From Candidatus Iainarchaeum sp. (GTDB lineage Archaea; Iainarchaeota; Iainarchaeia; Iainarchaeales; JAFCCW01): DNA of 47,036 nt. The notes beneath the pieces are model-generated. The model made no database searches. It saw only the letters and a program-made list of their open reading frames with translations, and was not told where the DNA came from. The stretch is taken from assembly GCA_017609985.1 (NCBI GenBank), contig JAFCCW010000008.1, positions 1 through 47,036 on the forward strand, read 5' to 3'. Of the stretch, positions 27,107-36,827 are shown in pieces (the stretch's first letter is position 1; the number at the start of each line of letters is the position of its first letter). The translations under genes and the position numbers were made by a program.

Positions 27107-27868
27107 ATGTCTTCAGACAAACTATCTTCAATGGAAACAAATTCAAATGAAGTCTCTCCAACGGAAATATTTCCTGAGGTCTCAGTTATCTTTCCCTGTC
27201 TCAATGAACAGGGGTCTATTGCTGACTGTGTGGCTGACGCAAAAAAGTTTTTGTCTGAAATGAAACTTGAACACGAAGTAATTGTTGTTGATAATAATTC
27301 TATTGACAATTCTGCAACTCTTGCCGAGGCTGCAGGAGCAAAAGTTGTTCTTGAAGAAAATCGAGGCTATGGCAATGCTTATCTTGCGGGTTTGAAACAA
27401 GCCCGGGGAAAATTTATCATAATGGCTGACCCTGACAGAACATATGATTTTGCAGATATTCCTCTGTTTTTGGAGAAACTTCTGGGTGGTTCAAGCTTTG
27501 TTATTGGAAACAGGTTTTCCAAATGCAGTGAAAATATTCCTTTGCTGAGGCGTGCAGGGAATGTTTCTCTTAATGCTGTTTTTGACAGCTTGTTTGATGC
27601 TGGAATTATTGATCCTCACTGTGGATTCAGGGGAATAAAAAGAGAAGCTCTTAACAAGCTTGAGTTAAGTGAACAAGGTTTTCCATTTGCACTGGAGTTT
27701 TTGCTTGAATGCATTGACAAAAACATTTCAATTTCACAGATTGAAATAAACTATTCTGAAAGGATTGGCTCTTCAAAGCTTCATGCTCTTTTTGACGGTT
27801 TTCGGCATCTAAGGTTTATGGTGCTGAGAAAAGCAGGGCAAGCAGGAAAAGCTATTAAGCTTGGATAG
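27107..27868 (+). CDS. GT2 glycosyltransferase, polyprenol-phosphate mannose synthase-like
   Basis: VSVIFPCLNE, VVDNNSID, RGYGNA, MADPD.TY, GNRF, D.HCGFR. Confidence 0.92.
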   Translation: MSSDKLSSMETNSNEVSPTEIFPEVSVIFPCLNEQGSIADCVADAKKFLSEMKLEHEVIVVDNNSIDNSATLAEAAGAKVVLEENRGYGNAYLAGLKQARGKFIIMADPDRTYDFADIPLFLEKLLGGSSFVIGNRFSKCSENIPLLRRAGNVSLNAVFDSLFDAGIIDPHCGFRGIKREALNKLELSEQGFPFALEFLLECIDKNISISQIEINYSERIGSSKLHALFDGFRHLRFMVLRKAGQAGKAIKLG

Positions 27869-27880
27869 TAGTTCATATTT

Positions 27881-28828
27881 ATGGCTGTAACTGAATTTGA
27901 ATTTAGTGTTGTTGTTCCAACTTTAAACAATTGTTCAACTATTGGGCAGTGTGTTTCTTCTGTCAAGAAAGCACTTCTTTCTGATAATGCAGAAATAATT
28001 ATTGCGGACAGCGGAAGCTCTGATAACACAGTGGGGATTGCAAGAGAGCTTGGAGCACGAATAGTTTTTGCAAACAAGGGTGTTTCCGCAGGAAGAAATG
28101 CTGGCATCAAAGCAGCAGCTGGAAAAATAATTGTGCTTGTTGACTCTGATTGTTTTGTTAAAAAAAATCATTTTGTTTTGCTCAAGAAATTCTTTTCAGA
28201 AAATGAAGGAATTGTCGGAGGCAGTTACAATAATCTTCCGGAAAATAGGGTTTCTTTTGTTTGGAAAAAACTTTTTGAGGCAGTTCATCATCAAAAAACA
28301 CAAATTATTGGAAAAAATGCAGTTTACCGCATGCACGGCGGCAACCTCGCAATGAAGGGAAAACTTGCTTTATTCGATGAAAGCATTAACTGGGGTGCTG
28401 AAGACAGAGAATTTTTTCTTTCAGTTGCTCTGAATAATATCCCTATTTGTTTTGTTCCCTGGCTTGTGGTTAATCATAAAGTAAACGAGTCAGTTAGTTC
28501 AATTGCCAGAAAAAGGCTTTTGCTTACTTCGGGAGAACTTTTCTCGATTTCAAAGCACAGGGTTTTTCGGGATGTTCTTCGCTATGCGTTCTTTGCATTT
28601 GTTCCTTTGTTTCCGTTTGCTCTTTCACTTGCTTCTTCTTTGAGTATTCTGAATTCTTTTATTTTATTTTTCTCTTTTTTCCTGTTTTTTGCTCTTGCAT
28701 TCTTTATTCGAATTAGGGGAATTTCTTTTCCTGAATTTTTTGCTTTCTTTTCATTCAATGCTTTCTTGCTTGTCTTTTCAACTTATTTTGCTTTAGGTAA
28801 ACGAATTGTTTTTGGAAGGTGGTTTTAG
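27881..28828 (+). CDS. GT2 glycosyltransferase with C-terminal TM helices
   Basis: SVVVPTLN, IIADSGSSD, GRNAG, VDSD, GAED motifs. Confidence 0.9.
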   Translation: MAVTEFEFSVVVPTLNNCSTIGQCVSSVKKALLSDNAEIIIADSGSSDNTVGIARELGARIVFANKGVSAGRNAGIKAAAGKIIVLVDSDCFVKKNHFVLLKKFFSENEGIVGGSYNNLPENRVSFVWKKLFEAVHHQKTQIIGKNAVYRMHGGNLAMKGKLALFDESINWGAEDREFFLSVALNNIPICFVPWLVVNHKVNESVSSIARKRLLLTSGELFSISKHRVFRDVLRYAFFAFVPLFPFALSLASSLSILNSFILFFSFFLFFALAFFIRIRGISFPEFFAFFSFNAFLLVFSTYFALGKRIVFGRWF

Positions 28829-29832
28829 TGCCTGAAGTTTTTCTTTCTTTTTATGGGGTGAACCTGCATATTTCTGCTCCTTTAAAATTAATTCAGTGGA
28901 TAAAGCATGATTTTAGCTATTTTTTGTCAGACTCGCTGGATTCTTGTTCACTGGAATTCAAGCTCTTCAAAAAAGTTCCACCCTATAATATAATGAGTGG
29001 AGCAAGAGCAATCATTTACAGAGATGACTATATTGCTTATGAAAAAGAAGGCAAGTGTTTCATGGACTTTTTTGGTAAAGCTCTTTCTATTCAAAGCAGT
29101 GACAAGAGCAGAGTTGACATCTTTTCTCTTGACGAAGATTTTTTGTACGAGCGTTTTTATCTTGCCTTAATTGTGCTTGTAGGAGAACGTTTGGAGCGAA
29201 GAGGTTTGCACAGAATCCATGCTCTTGCAGTTTCAAAAAATCAGAAAGCAATGCTTTTAATGCTTCCAAGCGGTGGGGGAAAAACTACTTTAATGCTTGA
29301 ACTTCTCAATCAAGACCCTGGTGTCAAAATTCTTTCCGAGGACATGCCTCTTTTATCTGTCAATGGAACAGTGCATTCTTTTCCTCTTCGCATAGGTGTC
29401 AGAGCAAGTGCTTACAGTCTTAAGCTTCGTGGACGATTTTTAAGGCGTTTTAAGCGCTCGAACGAAGAGGACAAGATGCTTATTGACGTGTCTGCTTTTC
29501 GGAAAAGAATTTCAAGCCCTGTTCCCTCTGGCTCGATTGTCCTTGGAGAGCGAGTTTTCTCCACTCAAAGCTCTATTGCTCCAGTCTCGCGTCTGCGTGT
29601 TTTCTGGTCCCTTTTCAAGAACATTGTTTTTGGATTTGAAACACCCATGATTATTGCTTATTTTATGGAAGGAAATGCAAGAGACTTTATGCGCAAGCTA
29701 GCAATGTTTTTTTCACGCCTTGCGGTTTTTCTGGCTCTGCTCGCTAGCTCGAAATGCTTTGTTTTCAGGATGGGTAGAAATCAGAAGAAGAATTCAAAAA
29801 CGCTTGCTCGTTTCCTAGACAAGGTTCCATAG
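28819..29832 (+). CDS. HPr-kinase-related P-loop protein
   Basis: IHALAV...LLMLPSGGGKTT (Walker A preceded by the HprK-type HA motif) and LSED. Confidence 0.7.
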   Translation: MVLVPEVFLSFYGVNLHISAPLKLIQWIKHDFSYFLSDSLDSCSLEFKLFKKVPPYNIMSGARAIIYRDDYIAYEKEGKCFMDFFGKALSIQSSDKSRVDIFSLDEDFLYERFYLALIVLVGERLERRGLHRIHALAVSKNQKAMLLMLPSGGGKTTLMLELLNQDPGVKILSEDMPLLSVNGTVHSFPLRIGVRASAYSLKLRGRFLRRFKRSNEEDKMLIDVSAFRKRISSPVPSGSIVLGERVFSTQSSIAPVSRLRVFWSLFKNIVFGFETPMIIAYFMEGNARDFMRKLAMFFSRLAVFLALLASSKCFVFRMGRNQKKNSKTLARFLDKVP

Positions 29833-30345
29833 CCTTTTAACCTGCCGAACAAAGAAGCTTTCTTTAATTTCTTTCTTTTCAGCAAGCTTCCTATGAACTG
29901 CAATTGCTACAACTTCAATTATGAGCAGGTTTGCAACACCAAAAAAGGTCAGTCCGTTTCCAAAAGCAATTGCTGCAATAGCATATCCTACAATTGCAAT
30001 GCTTGTCGTTGCAAGAAAAAGGTTTGTTTTCTTTTGCCAGCTTGCCCTTGCCTTCTTTCTTAAATTTTTCATCAAATTAGAGCTTTTGTTGGATTGTACA
30101 AATCCATATCCTGTGTCTTCCCATATTCTGCTTGTGTAGTTTACAATCCTACTTTCTTTGAAGTAAGGCTTTTCCAGGACAGAAACCTTTTCAAGTTCTA
30201 GTTTTCCCTTTTCCATCAGCCTACTTGTTGCCTTTTTGGGAATGCTGTTCCTCACAGTCCTTTTTGCTGCTTCAAACAGGCTGCTGCTGCACAGGTTTTT
30301 AGTAATCCTTTTATAGATTCTGAGAAAAAAGCTGTTCTCATCCAT
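29815..30345 (-). CDS. Hypothetical membrane protein
   Basis: 176-aa ORF coupled to the upstream gene, two TM helices, basic, short ES.(I/F) repeats. Confidence 0.7.
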   Translation of the reverse strand: MDENSFFLRIYKRITKNLCSSSLFEAAKRTVRNSIPKKATSRLMEKGKLELEKVSVLEKPYFKESRIVNYTSRIWEDTGYGFVQSNKSSNLMKNLRKKARASWQKKTNLFLATTSIAIVGYAIAAIAFGNGLTFFGVANLLIIEVVAIAVHRKLAEKKEIKESFFVRQVKRLWNLV

Positions 30346-31804
30346 TCAAATCATTTATCCCATTGATTTCATGAATTCTTGCCCAAAAGTTTACTCCATT
30401 CATTTCAAGCAGAATTCTTGAATTCACTTTGACCCAGTTGCCCTTGAAGTAAAGCCTTCCCTGCTTGTCCTCTTCCATCCGGAGTATGAGATTCATTTTC
30501 ACATCCTTATTTCTTGGGTGGCTCTTTTTCAGGATGTTTCCTTCTTCTGTTGTCACTATAATCTCTGCATTCTCGACTGTTTCTGAAAGAATTTCTGCGA
30601 TAACTTCTTCTGTTTCAGGGTCTATTTCTTTGTCTCCCTCTGCAAACTTGTCCTCAATCCAAGGATATATGTTCTCTGCCACAGCAATAACTTTTTTTGA
30701 AATATCTGTTCTCGGATAAGCGTTCTCTGCAGAAAAAATGCTGTTTATCGATTCAATAGTGCCGCTTATGGCTGTGTTAGTAGTGCTGATGGTTATTGAA
30801 GACCCGCTTTTTATGAGCGAGCCCTTGTAAAACAGGTAACCTGCTTTTTGCTCTGCCCTGACTTTGACTGTGAGGTAAACTCTTCTGCTGTATTCAGAGT
30901 TGTATTCTTTTCTCACTCCGACAAGCTCTGCAATGACTTGTCCGTCAAAACCCATTTCAGTGTCGCCCTCTGAAATATTTTCAAGATATTCTGTAGAAAT
31001 GTTTCCCGCATCAATCAGAAGAACAAGCTCAACAGTATTTCTCTCAATCGCCCTGTTTTTTTCTTCCGAATTCTGAATTTCTAAAACTTCTGCTTTTAGG
31101 AATGTTGAGTCTAGGGGAATGAATACTTGGGAGCCAATGTTTGCGAGTTCGCTCCCAAAATAGTATTTTCCTCCTCTTTTTTCCAAGGGAACATCTGCTT
31201 TCAGGATAATATTGTATCTTGTCTGGGTAACCGGAACAAGTTCATAGTCTGTGATTTCCACTATTGCTCCTCCTAGTGTTTTTATTTTCCCATCTCTGAC
31301 CTGTCCAGTCAGCTTGTAGCTTATGTTATCCGCTTCAAGAAAGAGTATTTTTCTTTCAATGCTTGATTGATATCCTTCAATTTCTGAATCACTAATTGCA
31401 ATAACCTTTCCTTGGAACATAACGTTTTCAGTTTCAATTTCAATCTGGGAATTAATCTTGAGCTTTGACTCTTTGTAGATAATGTCGCCGAAAACCTGTT
31501 TTGCCAAAAGCTTCATGGTCACAATAACATCGCTTGAAGAAGACACAGAAGGCATGACATCAACTGCAACTATCTCGCCGATTTTTCTTCCCGAAATATT
31601 TCCGTGCTCTGCGTCTCCAACAGCAAGGTTTTCAATCACAAGAGTCGGCTGGTCCTCTGCTCTTATCTGTATATATGTCCAGTCTTCGGTGCCAAAAACA
31701 GTATAATATGTGAAAAGGCCTATCATCACAACTATTGCTATTATAAGCAGGTCAACAGCGTTCACTATTCCTAAAAATTTTCCCTTTTCATCCACAATTT
31801 CCAT
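30338..31804 (-). CDS. DUF4330-family membrane-anchored protein with four tandem domains
   Basis: MEIVDEKGKFLGIVNAVDLLII N-terminus followed by a TM and four ~100-aa repeats (..GD.E....IGEI...Y(Y/F)KG...K.(N/G)S.I...G.I..I). Confidence 0.75.
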   Translation of the reverse strand: MEIVDEKGKFLGIVNAVDLLIIAIVVMIGLFTYYTVFGTEDWTYIQIRAEDQPTLVIENLAVGDAEHGNISGRKIGEIVAVDVMPSVSSSSDVIVTMKLLAKQVFGDIIYKESKLKINSQIEIETENVMFQGKVIAISDSEIEGYQSSIERKILFLEADNISYKLTGQVRDGKIKTLGGAIVEITDYELVPVTQTRYNIILKADVPLEKRGGKYYFGSELANIGSQVFIPLDSTFLKAEVLEIQNSEEKNRAIERNTVELVLLIDAGNISTEYLENISEGDTEMGFDGQVIAELVGVRKEYNSEYSRRVYLTVKVRAEQKAGYLFYKGSLIKSGSSITISTTNTAISGTIESINSIFSAENAYPRTDISKKVIAVAENIYPWIEDKFAEGDKEIDPETEEVIAEILSETVENAEIIVTTEEGNILKKSHPRNKDVKMNLILRMEEDKQGRLYFKGNWVKVNSRILLEMNGVNFWARIHEINGINDLNG

Positions 31805-31915
31805 TTTTTCACTTCCATAATCCTGTTAAAAGTAGTTCATTTTCTTTAATAATCTTTTCCTTTTCTTTTTCACCAATATTTAAATAGCCCAAAAGCTTAT
31901 AGTTATTGGTTGAAA

Positions 31916-33385
31916 ATGGCATTAATGGGTTTCAGTAAAAAGAGCTGTTTGTTTGAGAAACCCTTCTTCTTTTTTTATCTAGTCGCTGTATTATTCGGCA
32001 TTCTGGCTTATTTTAATACATTCCTTGCAGTGGGGTTTTTACTGGGCTTGATTGCCTTGTTTGCAGTTCTCAGGAAACCTTTTTTTGGGTTGCTTGCAAT
32101 TGTCTTTTTTATCCCTCTTGACTTCATAAACGCGTTTGGGGCTGGTTCTGTTTCTGGAACCCCTTTTGCTTCGCTTGTCAAGATTTTTGCCTTGATGACC
32201 CTGTTTTCGCTTTTCGTTAACCGTGTCCCGATTTTTAGGAGACTAAGGCACGAGCATTTTATGGCAGGAATCTTCCTTTTTCTGGCAGCCCTCTCGTTTC
32301 TATGGGCTTTTGATCAAGCAATAGCTGTCTCAAGGCTCTCCTCGCTTGTCTTGGCTCTCGCGTTCTTCTTTCTTGTCACAGTGATTGTCAGGACAGAAAA
32401 GCAGGTTAAGGTTGTGCTACTTGTTCTGATTGCTGCCTGTGTCTTTGGCTCGCTTTTCACAATTCCTCAGTATTTCTTTGGCTTGGCTGATTCTGGAAGA
32501 TTGTCTGGATTTGCTGCTGAGCCAAACCATTTTGCACTCTATCTTGTCGCACTGCTTCCGATTGCAAATTATTTTTTCTCGATAAGTGAAACAATAAGGA
32601 AAAAGCTTCTTTCTGCCTTTTCATTCCTTGTACTACTTTTTGGACAAGTTCTGAGCTTTTCAAGAGGGGCTTTTGTTGCCTTCTTTGCTACTGTTGCACT
32701 CATTCTTTTCTCAAACCAAAAAAAGATTCTTCTGGCACTCATAATACTGCTTCTTTTCATGTTTCCGCTTACATTTTACAAGTATTATTCAAGGATTTCA
32801 ACGCTTGAGCAGGTTACGAGCGGAATTGGTGGCGACTATGCTGGCGTTGAAGATACTTCAATCAGGGAGAGGTCAAAGCTTTTTGGAACAGCCTTTGAAA
32901 TAGTCCTGATGAAACCTTTTGGTATTGGGCTCGGAAACTTCAGAAAAGTATATCTCACCTATTATGGCGAAGAGCAGGAGCAAATAGGGCTTGAGGCAGA
33001 GGAAAAGGTTGTGCACAATGCTTATCTTGAAATCATTACTGAGCTTGGCATACAAGGGTTTGCTGTTTTTTTTGTCCTGATTCTAATGGGCTTTCACAAT
33101 CTTTGGAAGTCTGTGAAAGCTGAAAAGCCGAAAGAATTTACCCTGCTTTCCGAGTCCTTGCTAATTTCATTGGTTGCTCTTTTGGTCGGCGTGTTTTTTC
33201 TGGGTGTAATCAACGAAAAGCTTTTCTGGCTCTTTCTTGGACTCTCCATAACCATGTCCTCGCTCTCTAGAGAGGAATATTGTGGCGGAGACTATTCCCA
33301 AAAAGCACCAGAACAGGACACTGATTTTTTCGAAGAACAAAAGGTCTTCAAACAACCCGTGCACAAGGAAAACAGTAAGGAATGA
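31916..33385 (+). CDS. O-antigen ligase/polymerase-like (Wzy_C) membrane protein
   Basis: RLSG...EPN, SFSRGA, S..ER, PFGIGLGNF, VHNAYLEI..ELGI.G. Start 31910, 31916 or 31925. Confidence 0.9.
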   Translation: MALMGFSKKSCLFEKPFFFFYLVAVLFGILAYFNTFLAVGFLLGLIALFAVLRKPFFGLLAIVFFIPLDFINAFGAGSVSGTPFASLVKIFALMTLFSLFVNRVPIFRRLRHEHFMAGIFLFLAALSFLWAFDQAIAVSRLSSLVLALAFFFLVTVIVRTEKQVKVVLLVLIAACVFGSLFTIPQYFFGLADSGRLSGFAAEPNHFALYLVALLPIANYFFSISETIRKKLLSAFSFLVLLFGQVLSFSRGAFVAFFATVALILFSNQKKILLALIILLLFMFPLTFYKYYSRISTLEQVTSGIGGDYAGVEDTSIRERSKLFGTAFEIVLMKPFGIGLGNFRKVYLTYYGEEQEQIGLEAEEKVVHNAYLEIITELGIQGFAVFFVLILMGFHNLWKSVKAEKPKEFTLLSESLLISLVALLVGVFFLGVINEKLFWLFLGLSITMSSLSREEYCGGDYSQKAPEQDTDFFEEQKVFKQPVHKENSKE

Positions 33386-35197
33386 AACAGAAGCCGCAAG
33401 GGCTATTTGATAAATCTTTTTTTCTTGTCCTGTGAATCGGATTGCTGAAAGCAACAGTGCAGTTACTGACAGGATAAAGAGAACAGTTGCTGTGGGAATT
33501 CCTCTTTCTGCAGATGTCTGAAGAAATGTGTTGTGTGCGTTTTTTGGAATGCTATCATTTTCTTCAATTTCCGCAAAACTTTTAGAAAAGCTTCCAATTC
33601 CTTTTCCCAGCCAGGGGGATTCAAGTGTCATCTGCCCTGCAAGTTCCCAAATCTCAAGCCTTTTAAGGTCTGAAGCCCTGGTTTCCCTGAAAATCCTCTG
33701 GAAGAATGAGTTGAAAAGCAGGGTTGAGTCAAGAGGCTCTGTTTCTTCTTCACTGTAAACTTCAATCTCCCTTACTGCAGCAAAAGGTTCTTTTCTTTCT
33801 CCCTCTGTTTCCACTGATATTCTGACAAACCTTGCTTCCCTGCATCCAACTCCCACTTTCTCAAAAGAAAGGGATGGAACGTTCAAAGTCCGCTTTGCTG
33901 CTGCTTCAAATTTTTTTCCGTCTGTTGAAAGCCAGACCGACAGGCTGTTAACTTTGCTGAGCCTGCCGCTTGAAAAAATCACAAAAACCTTGCTAATGCT
34001 GTGGACAGAGCCAAGGTCTATTGTAAGTTTTTCTCCTGACGACAGCCACGCCCATTCGTCTGAAACAATTTTGCCGTCTGTTACATAAACATTGTCTGTA
34101 TCGTATCCCTGTGAAGTCTCAAAGCTGTACTCTTTTCCAAGTGCGAGGTTCTTCATCTTGGCAGGGATTATCCCGTTGAATGAAATCTTTTCCCCTGCAA
34201 GCGGATCTATCCCTCTTTCATAGAGGTCGCTGCTTTCAGGAACAGAGTTCTTCTCAACAAGCCCCTGAAATCCAAGAAAGAGCCCTGTGCCGAGCAAAAC
34301 CATTACCACAAGCCCTGCTGCAAGCACTACTCTCCTTAGCTTCCTACTGGTGAAAAAAGAGCTTGCCTTGAGTGCGGCAAGTACAATAAGCGAGAATGCA
34401 AGTGCAATCAGTGCAGCCCTTGAATAAGTGTAAAGCAGAGCAAGCAAAACAAACAACAAAGGAAATGCAAGCGCAATCCTTTCCTTTTTTTCAGCAAACA
34501 TCATTGCCGAAATAATCATTGAAGCTCCTGCAGCAAGACAGAACGCAAGCGAGTTAACATATTCAAAGAGCATTGATTCCCTTATTATTTCAGAAAAGCC
34601 AAGTGCTGCGGAGAGCCCGCCACCTGAATAGGAAAGATTGTGCCCCAGCACTTCAAAGAACGCCACTGAAAAAACCATTAAAATCACTGCCATGATTGCT
34701 TTTTTCAGTCTCTGCACAGAATTAATAGTGTCTGCTGCCATAAAGAAGGCAAGGACGCCAGCTGAAATGTTTGCAAATAAAAGAAGCTGCTGCACGGCAA
34801 GCTCCTGCCTGAATGAAAATACAAAGGCTGCCAGTGAGAAAAAGAAGTAAAGCAAAACAAGCGTTCCAAACCTTATTTCTTCCCCCTGCTTTTTTTCTCT
34901 GATATTCGCGGCAATCCAGCCAATAGTACTGGAAAAAACAACAAGCACAATTCCTGAAATTTTTGCCATTGCTGATGGAAACCCTATTTCCGGAAAGAAA
35001 GGAGCCAAAACTATTATTGAAAGAAGCCCGTAAAATGGTTTTTTGTAGGAGAGAACTATAAACGCTATTGCTGCCGTGCCAAACAGTACAGGGCTGTTGG
35101 AAAAAGCAACTGCTGCTGCAACAGCTCCTGAGAGCAGGACTATGAAGGCAACCAGCAAAAAATTTTCCAAAACACGGAACGCGCCTGATTTGACCAT
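33167..35197 (-). CDS. O-antigen ligase-like membrane protein with an inserted F5/8 type C (discoidin/CBM32-like) domain
   Basis: TYSRAA, R..IW, PWLGKGIGSF, AHNTFLQ..AERG. Insert NLALGK...TDG...W...LTIDLG...STDG...ARFVRI...EIEVY at ~33752-34150. Confidence 0.88.
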   Translation of the reverse strand: MVKSGAFRVLENFLLVAFIVLLSGAVAAAVAFSNSPVLFGTAAIAFIVLSYKKPFYGLLSIIVLAPFFPEIGFPSAMAKISGIVLVVFSSTIGWIAANIREKKQGEEIRFGTLVLLYFFFSLAAFVFSFRQELAVQQLLLFANISAGVLAFFMAADTINSVQRLKKAIMAVILMVFSVAFFEVLGHNLSYSGGGLSAALGFSEIIRESMLFEYVNSLAFCLAAGASMIISAMMFAEKKERIALAFPLLFVLLALLYTYSRAALIALAFSLIVLAALKASSFFTSRKLRRVVLAAGLVVMVLLGTGLFLGFQGLVEKNSVPESSDLYERGIDPLAGEKISFNGIIPAKMKNLALGKEYSFETSQGYDTDNVYVTDGKIVSDEWAWLSSGEKLTIDLGSVHSISKVFVIFSSGRLSKVNSLSVWLSTDGKKFEAAAKRTLNVPSLSFEKVGVGCREARFVRISVETEGERKEPFAAVREIEVYSEEETEPLDSTLLFNSFFQRIFRETRASDLKRLEIWELAGQMTLESPWLGKGIGSFSKSFAEIEENDSIPKNAHNTFLQTSAERGIPTATVLFILSVTALLLSAIRFTGQEKKIYQIALAASVSFLTVFLVHGLFEDLLFFEKISVLFWCFLGIVSATIFLSRERGHGYGESKKEPEKLFVDYTQKKHADQKSNQ

Positions 35198-35222
35198 ACT
35201 GCTATAACGCAATTGTTATTTA

Positions 35223-35759
35223 TTAAATTTCTTGTTTTTCCTTTTCTTGTTTTTTTCGCCCAATCTTTTTTCTTTTTCTCGCAGGATTTCCTGCAAAAAG
35301 AGTATCCTGCGGAACATCTTTTGTCACCACCGCTCCTGCCCCGATCACTGCGCCAGATCCAACCCTGACGCCGGGAAGGATTATTGCTCTTGCCCCAATC
35401 CAGACATTGTCGCCAATCACAACCTTGTTTGTCCTGCTGTTCTGATAGTCGGGATAGCAATGGTTTTCAGTGATAACCATTACATCCGGCCCCATTATCA
35501 CATTCTTTCCAATCCTTATTTTTCTTCCAATTCGCGCATTTCTTCCGATTCCTGAAAAATCCCCTATCTTAAGAGAGAATGGAATGACTGCTCCCTTCTC
35601 AATGTTCACGCCTTTGCCAACCTTTTCTGCAAACCCTCTTGCAGTGTTTCTCCTGAACCATCCTGAACCGAACGAGTAAGGCTTTGATGAGCTGGGAAGG
35701 TGCCTTGCAAAAAGATTGTAGGCTAACCAGAAAAAATATCTCTTCAGCGAATGCTTCAT
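35223..35759 (-). CDS. Hexapeptide-repeat (LbH) O-acetyltransferase
   Basis: [48 protein letters not shown]...AGNPA. Confidence 0.93.
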   Translation of the reverse strand: MKHSLKRYFFWLAYNLFARHLPSSSKPYSFGSGWFRRNTARGFAEKVGKGVNIEKGAVIPFSLKIGDFSGIGRNARIGRKIRIGKNVIMGPDVMVITENHCYPDYQNSRTNKVVIGDNVWIGARAIILPGVRVGSGAVIGAGAVVTKDVPQDTLFAGNPARKRKKIGRKKQEKEKQEI

Positions 35760-36827
35760 TGCCTTTTCCCATCCTTCAAATTCCTTTCATAGATAGCTTC
35801 ACTGTAAACCTTTGCAATCCTTTCCGCATTCTCTTTCCAGTAAAGTCTTTTCTCTTTAATCTTTTCCTCAGCATTTTTTCCAAGCCTTTCAGCAAGCTTT
35901 TTGTTCCCGAGAATCATTAAAATCTTTTCACTCATCTCTGCATTGTTTCCCGCTTCAAACAACAGTCCCTCTTTTTTGTCTTTAATCATTTCCCTATTGC
36001 TTTCAATTCCGCTTGCTGCAATCGGACATCTGCAGGCCATTGCCTCCAACAGAGCGACAGAGTTTCCCTCTGAATAGCTTGGCAGGACAAAAACATCTGC
36101 AGACCTCATCCACTCACCTATTTCTTTGTGTGACTTTTTCCCGACAGCGTTAACTCCCTCCACACCTTTAGCAATATTTCTGTTTCCCCTTCCAACAAGC
36201 CATATTTCTGTTTTTTTAGGAAGGCTTTGTGCGAATTCCAAAAGGTCAAGAACTCCCTTTTCCTTAAGCAGGTTTCCCACAAAAACCACTGCTTTGCTTT
36301 CCCGCGGAATCCCTGTTTTCTCTCTTGCCTTCTCTTTGCTTCCTGCTCTGAAAACAGATTTGTCAACACCGTTCCTGGTTTGCGCATGACAGGGATTTTT
36401 TCACAACAATCCTTTCTCCAAAACCTTTTTTTGGAAGAACAAGCAGGTCGCTTCCAAGGCACTGCAACACAACCGGAACACCGGCAAGTCCAGCAATCCA
36501 TTCCACTGCAAGGCTTAATGGTCCTGCCATGTTGACATGAATAACATCAGCATTGGTTTTATTTACTGCTCTGAGCACGGGCTTGAAAAGAAAGACAAAG
36601 CAGTTTACAGCCTTTGCCAACCCACTGCCAGGAAGTGGAAAATATTTTGGGAAAGCAACCCTGATGCTTTCATGCTCCAGCACCTGTTGTTTTCCGTTTA
36701 AGGGCCTTGGGCTGAGCACAACAACTTTGTGCTTTTTCGCAAGCTCTTCAACCTGCCTTAATGCAAAAATGCTTCCAGAAAGATTCTCGCTGTCCGGAAA
36801 GCCGTATGAAACAAACAGAACGTTCAA
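35756..36827 (-). pseudogene. GT4 glycosyltransferase disrupted by an apparent deletion/frameshift near 36378
   Basis: The N-half (MNVLFVSYGFP...GSD...KKSLSCAN) stops at 36363. A second frame begins RNGVDKSVF...VFVGNL..KG...PSYSEG...EAMA. The usual 'vi.vS......gi...ki.vi' stretch between the halves is absent. Confidence 0.75.
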
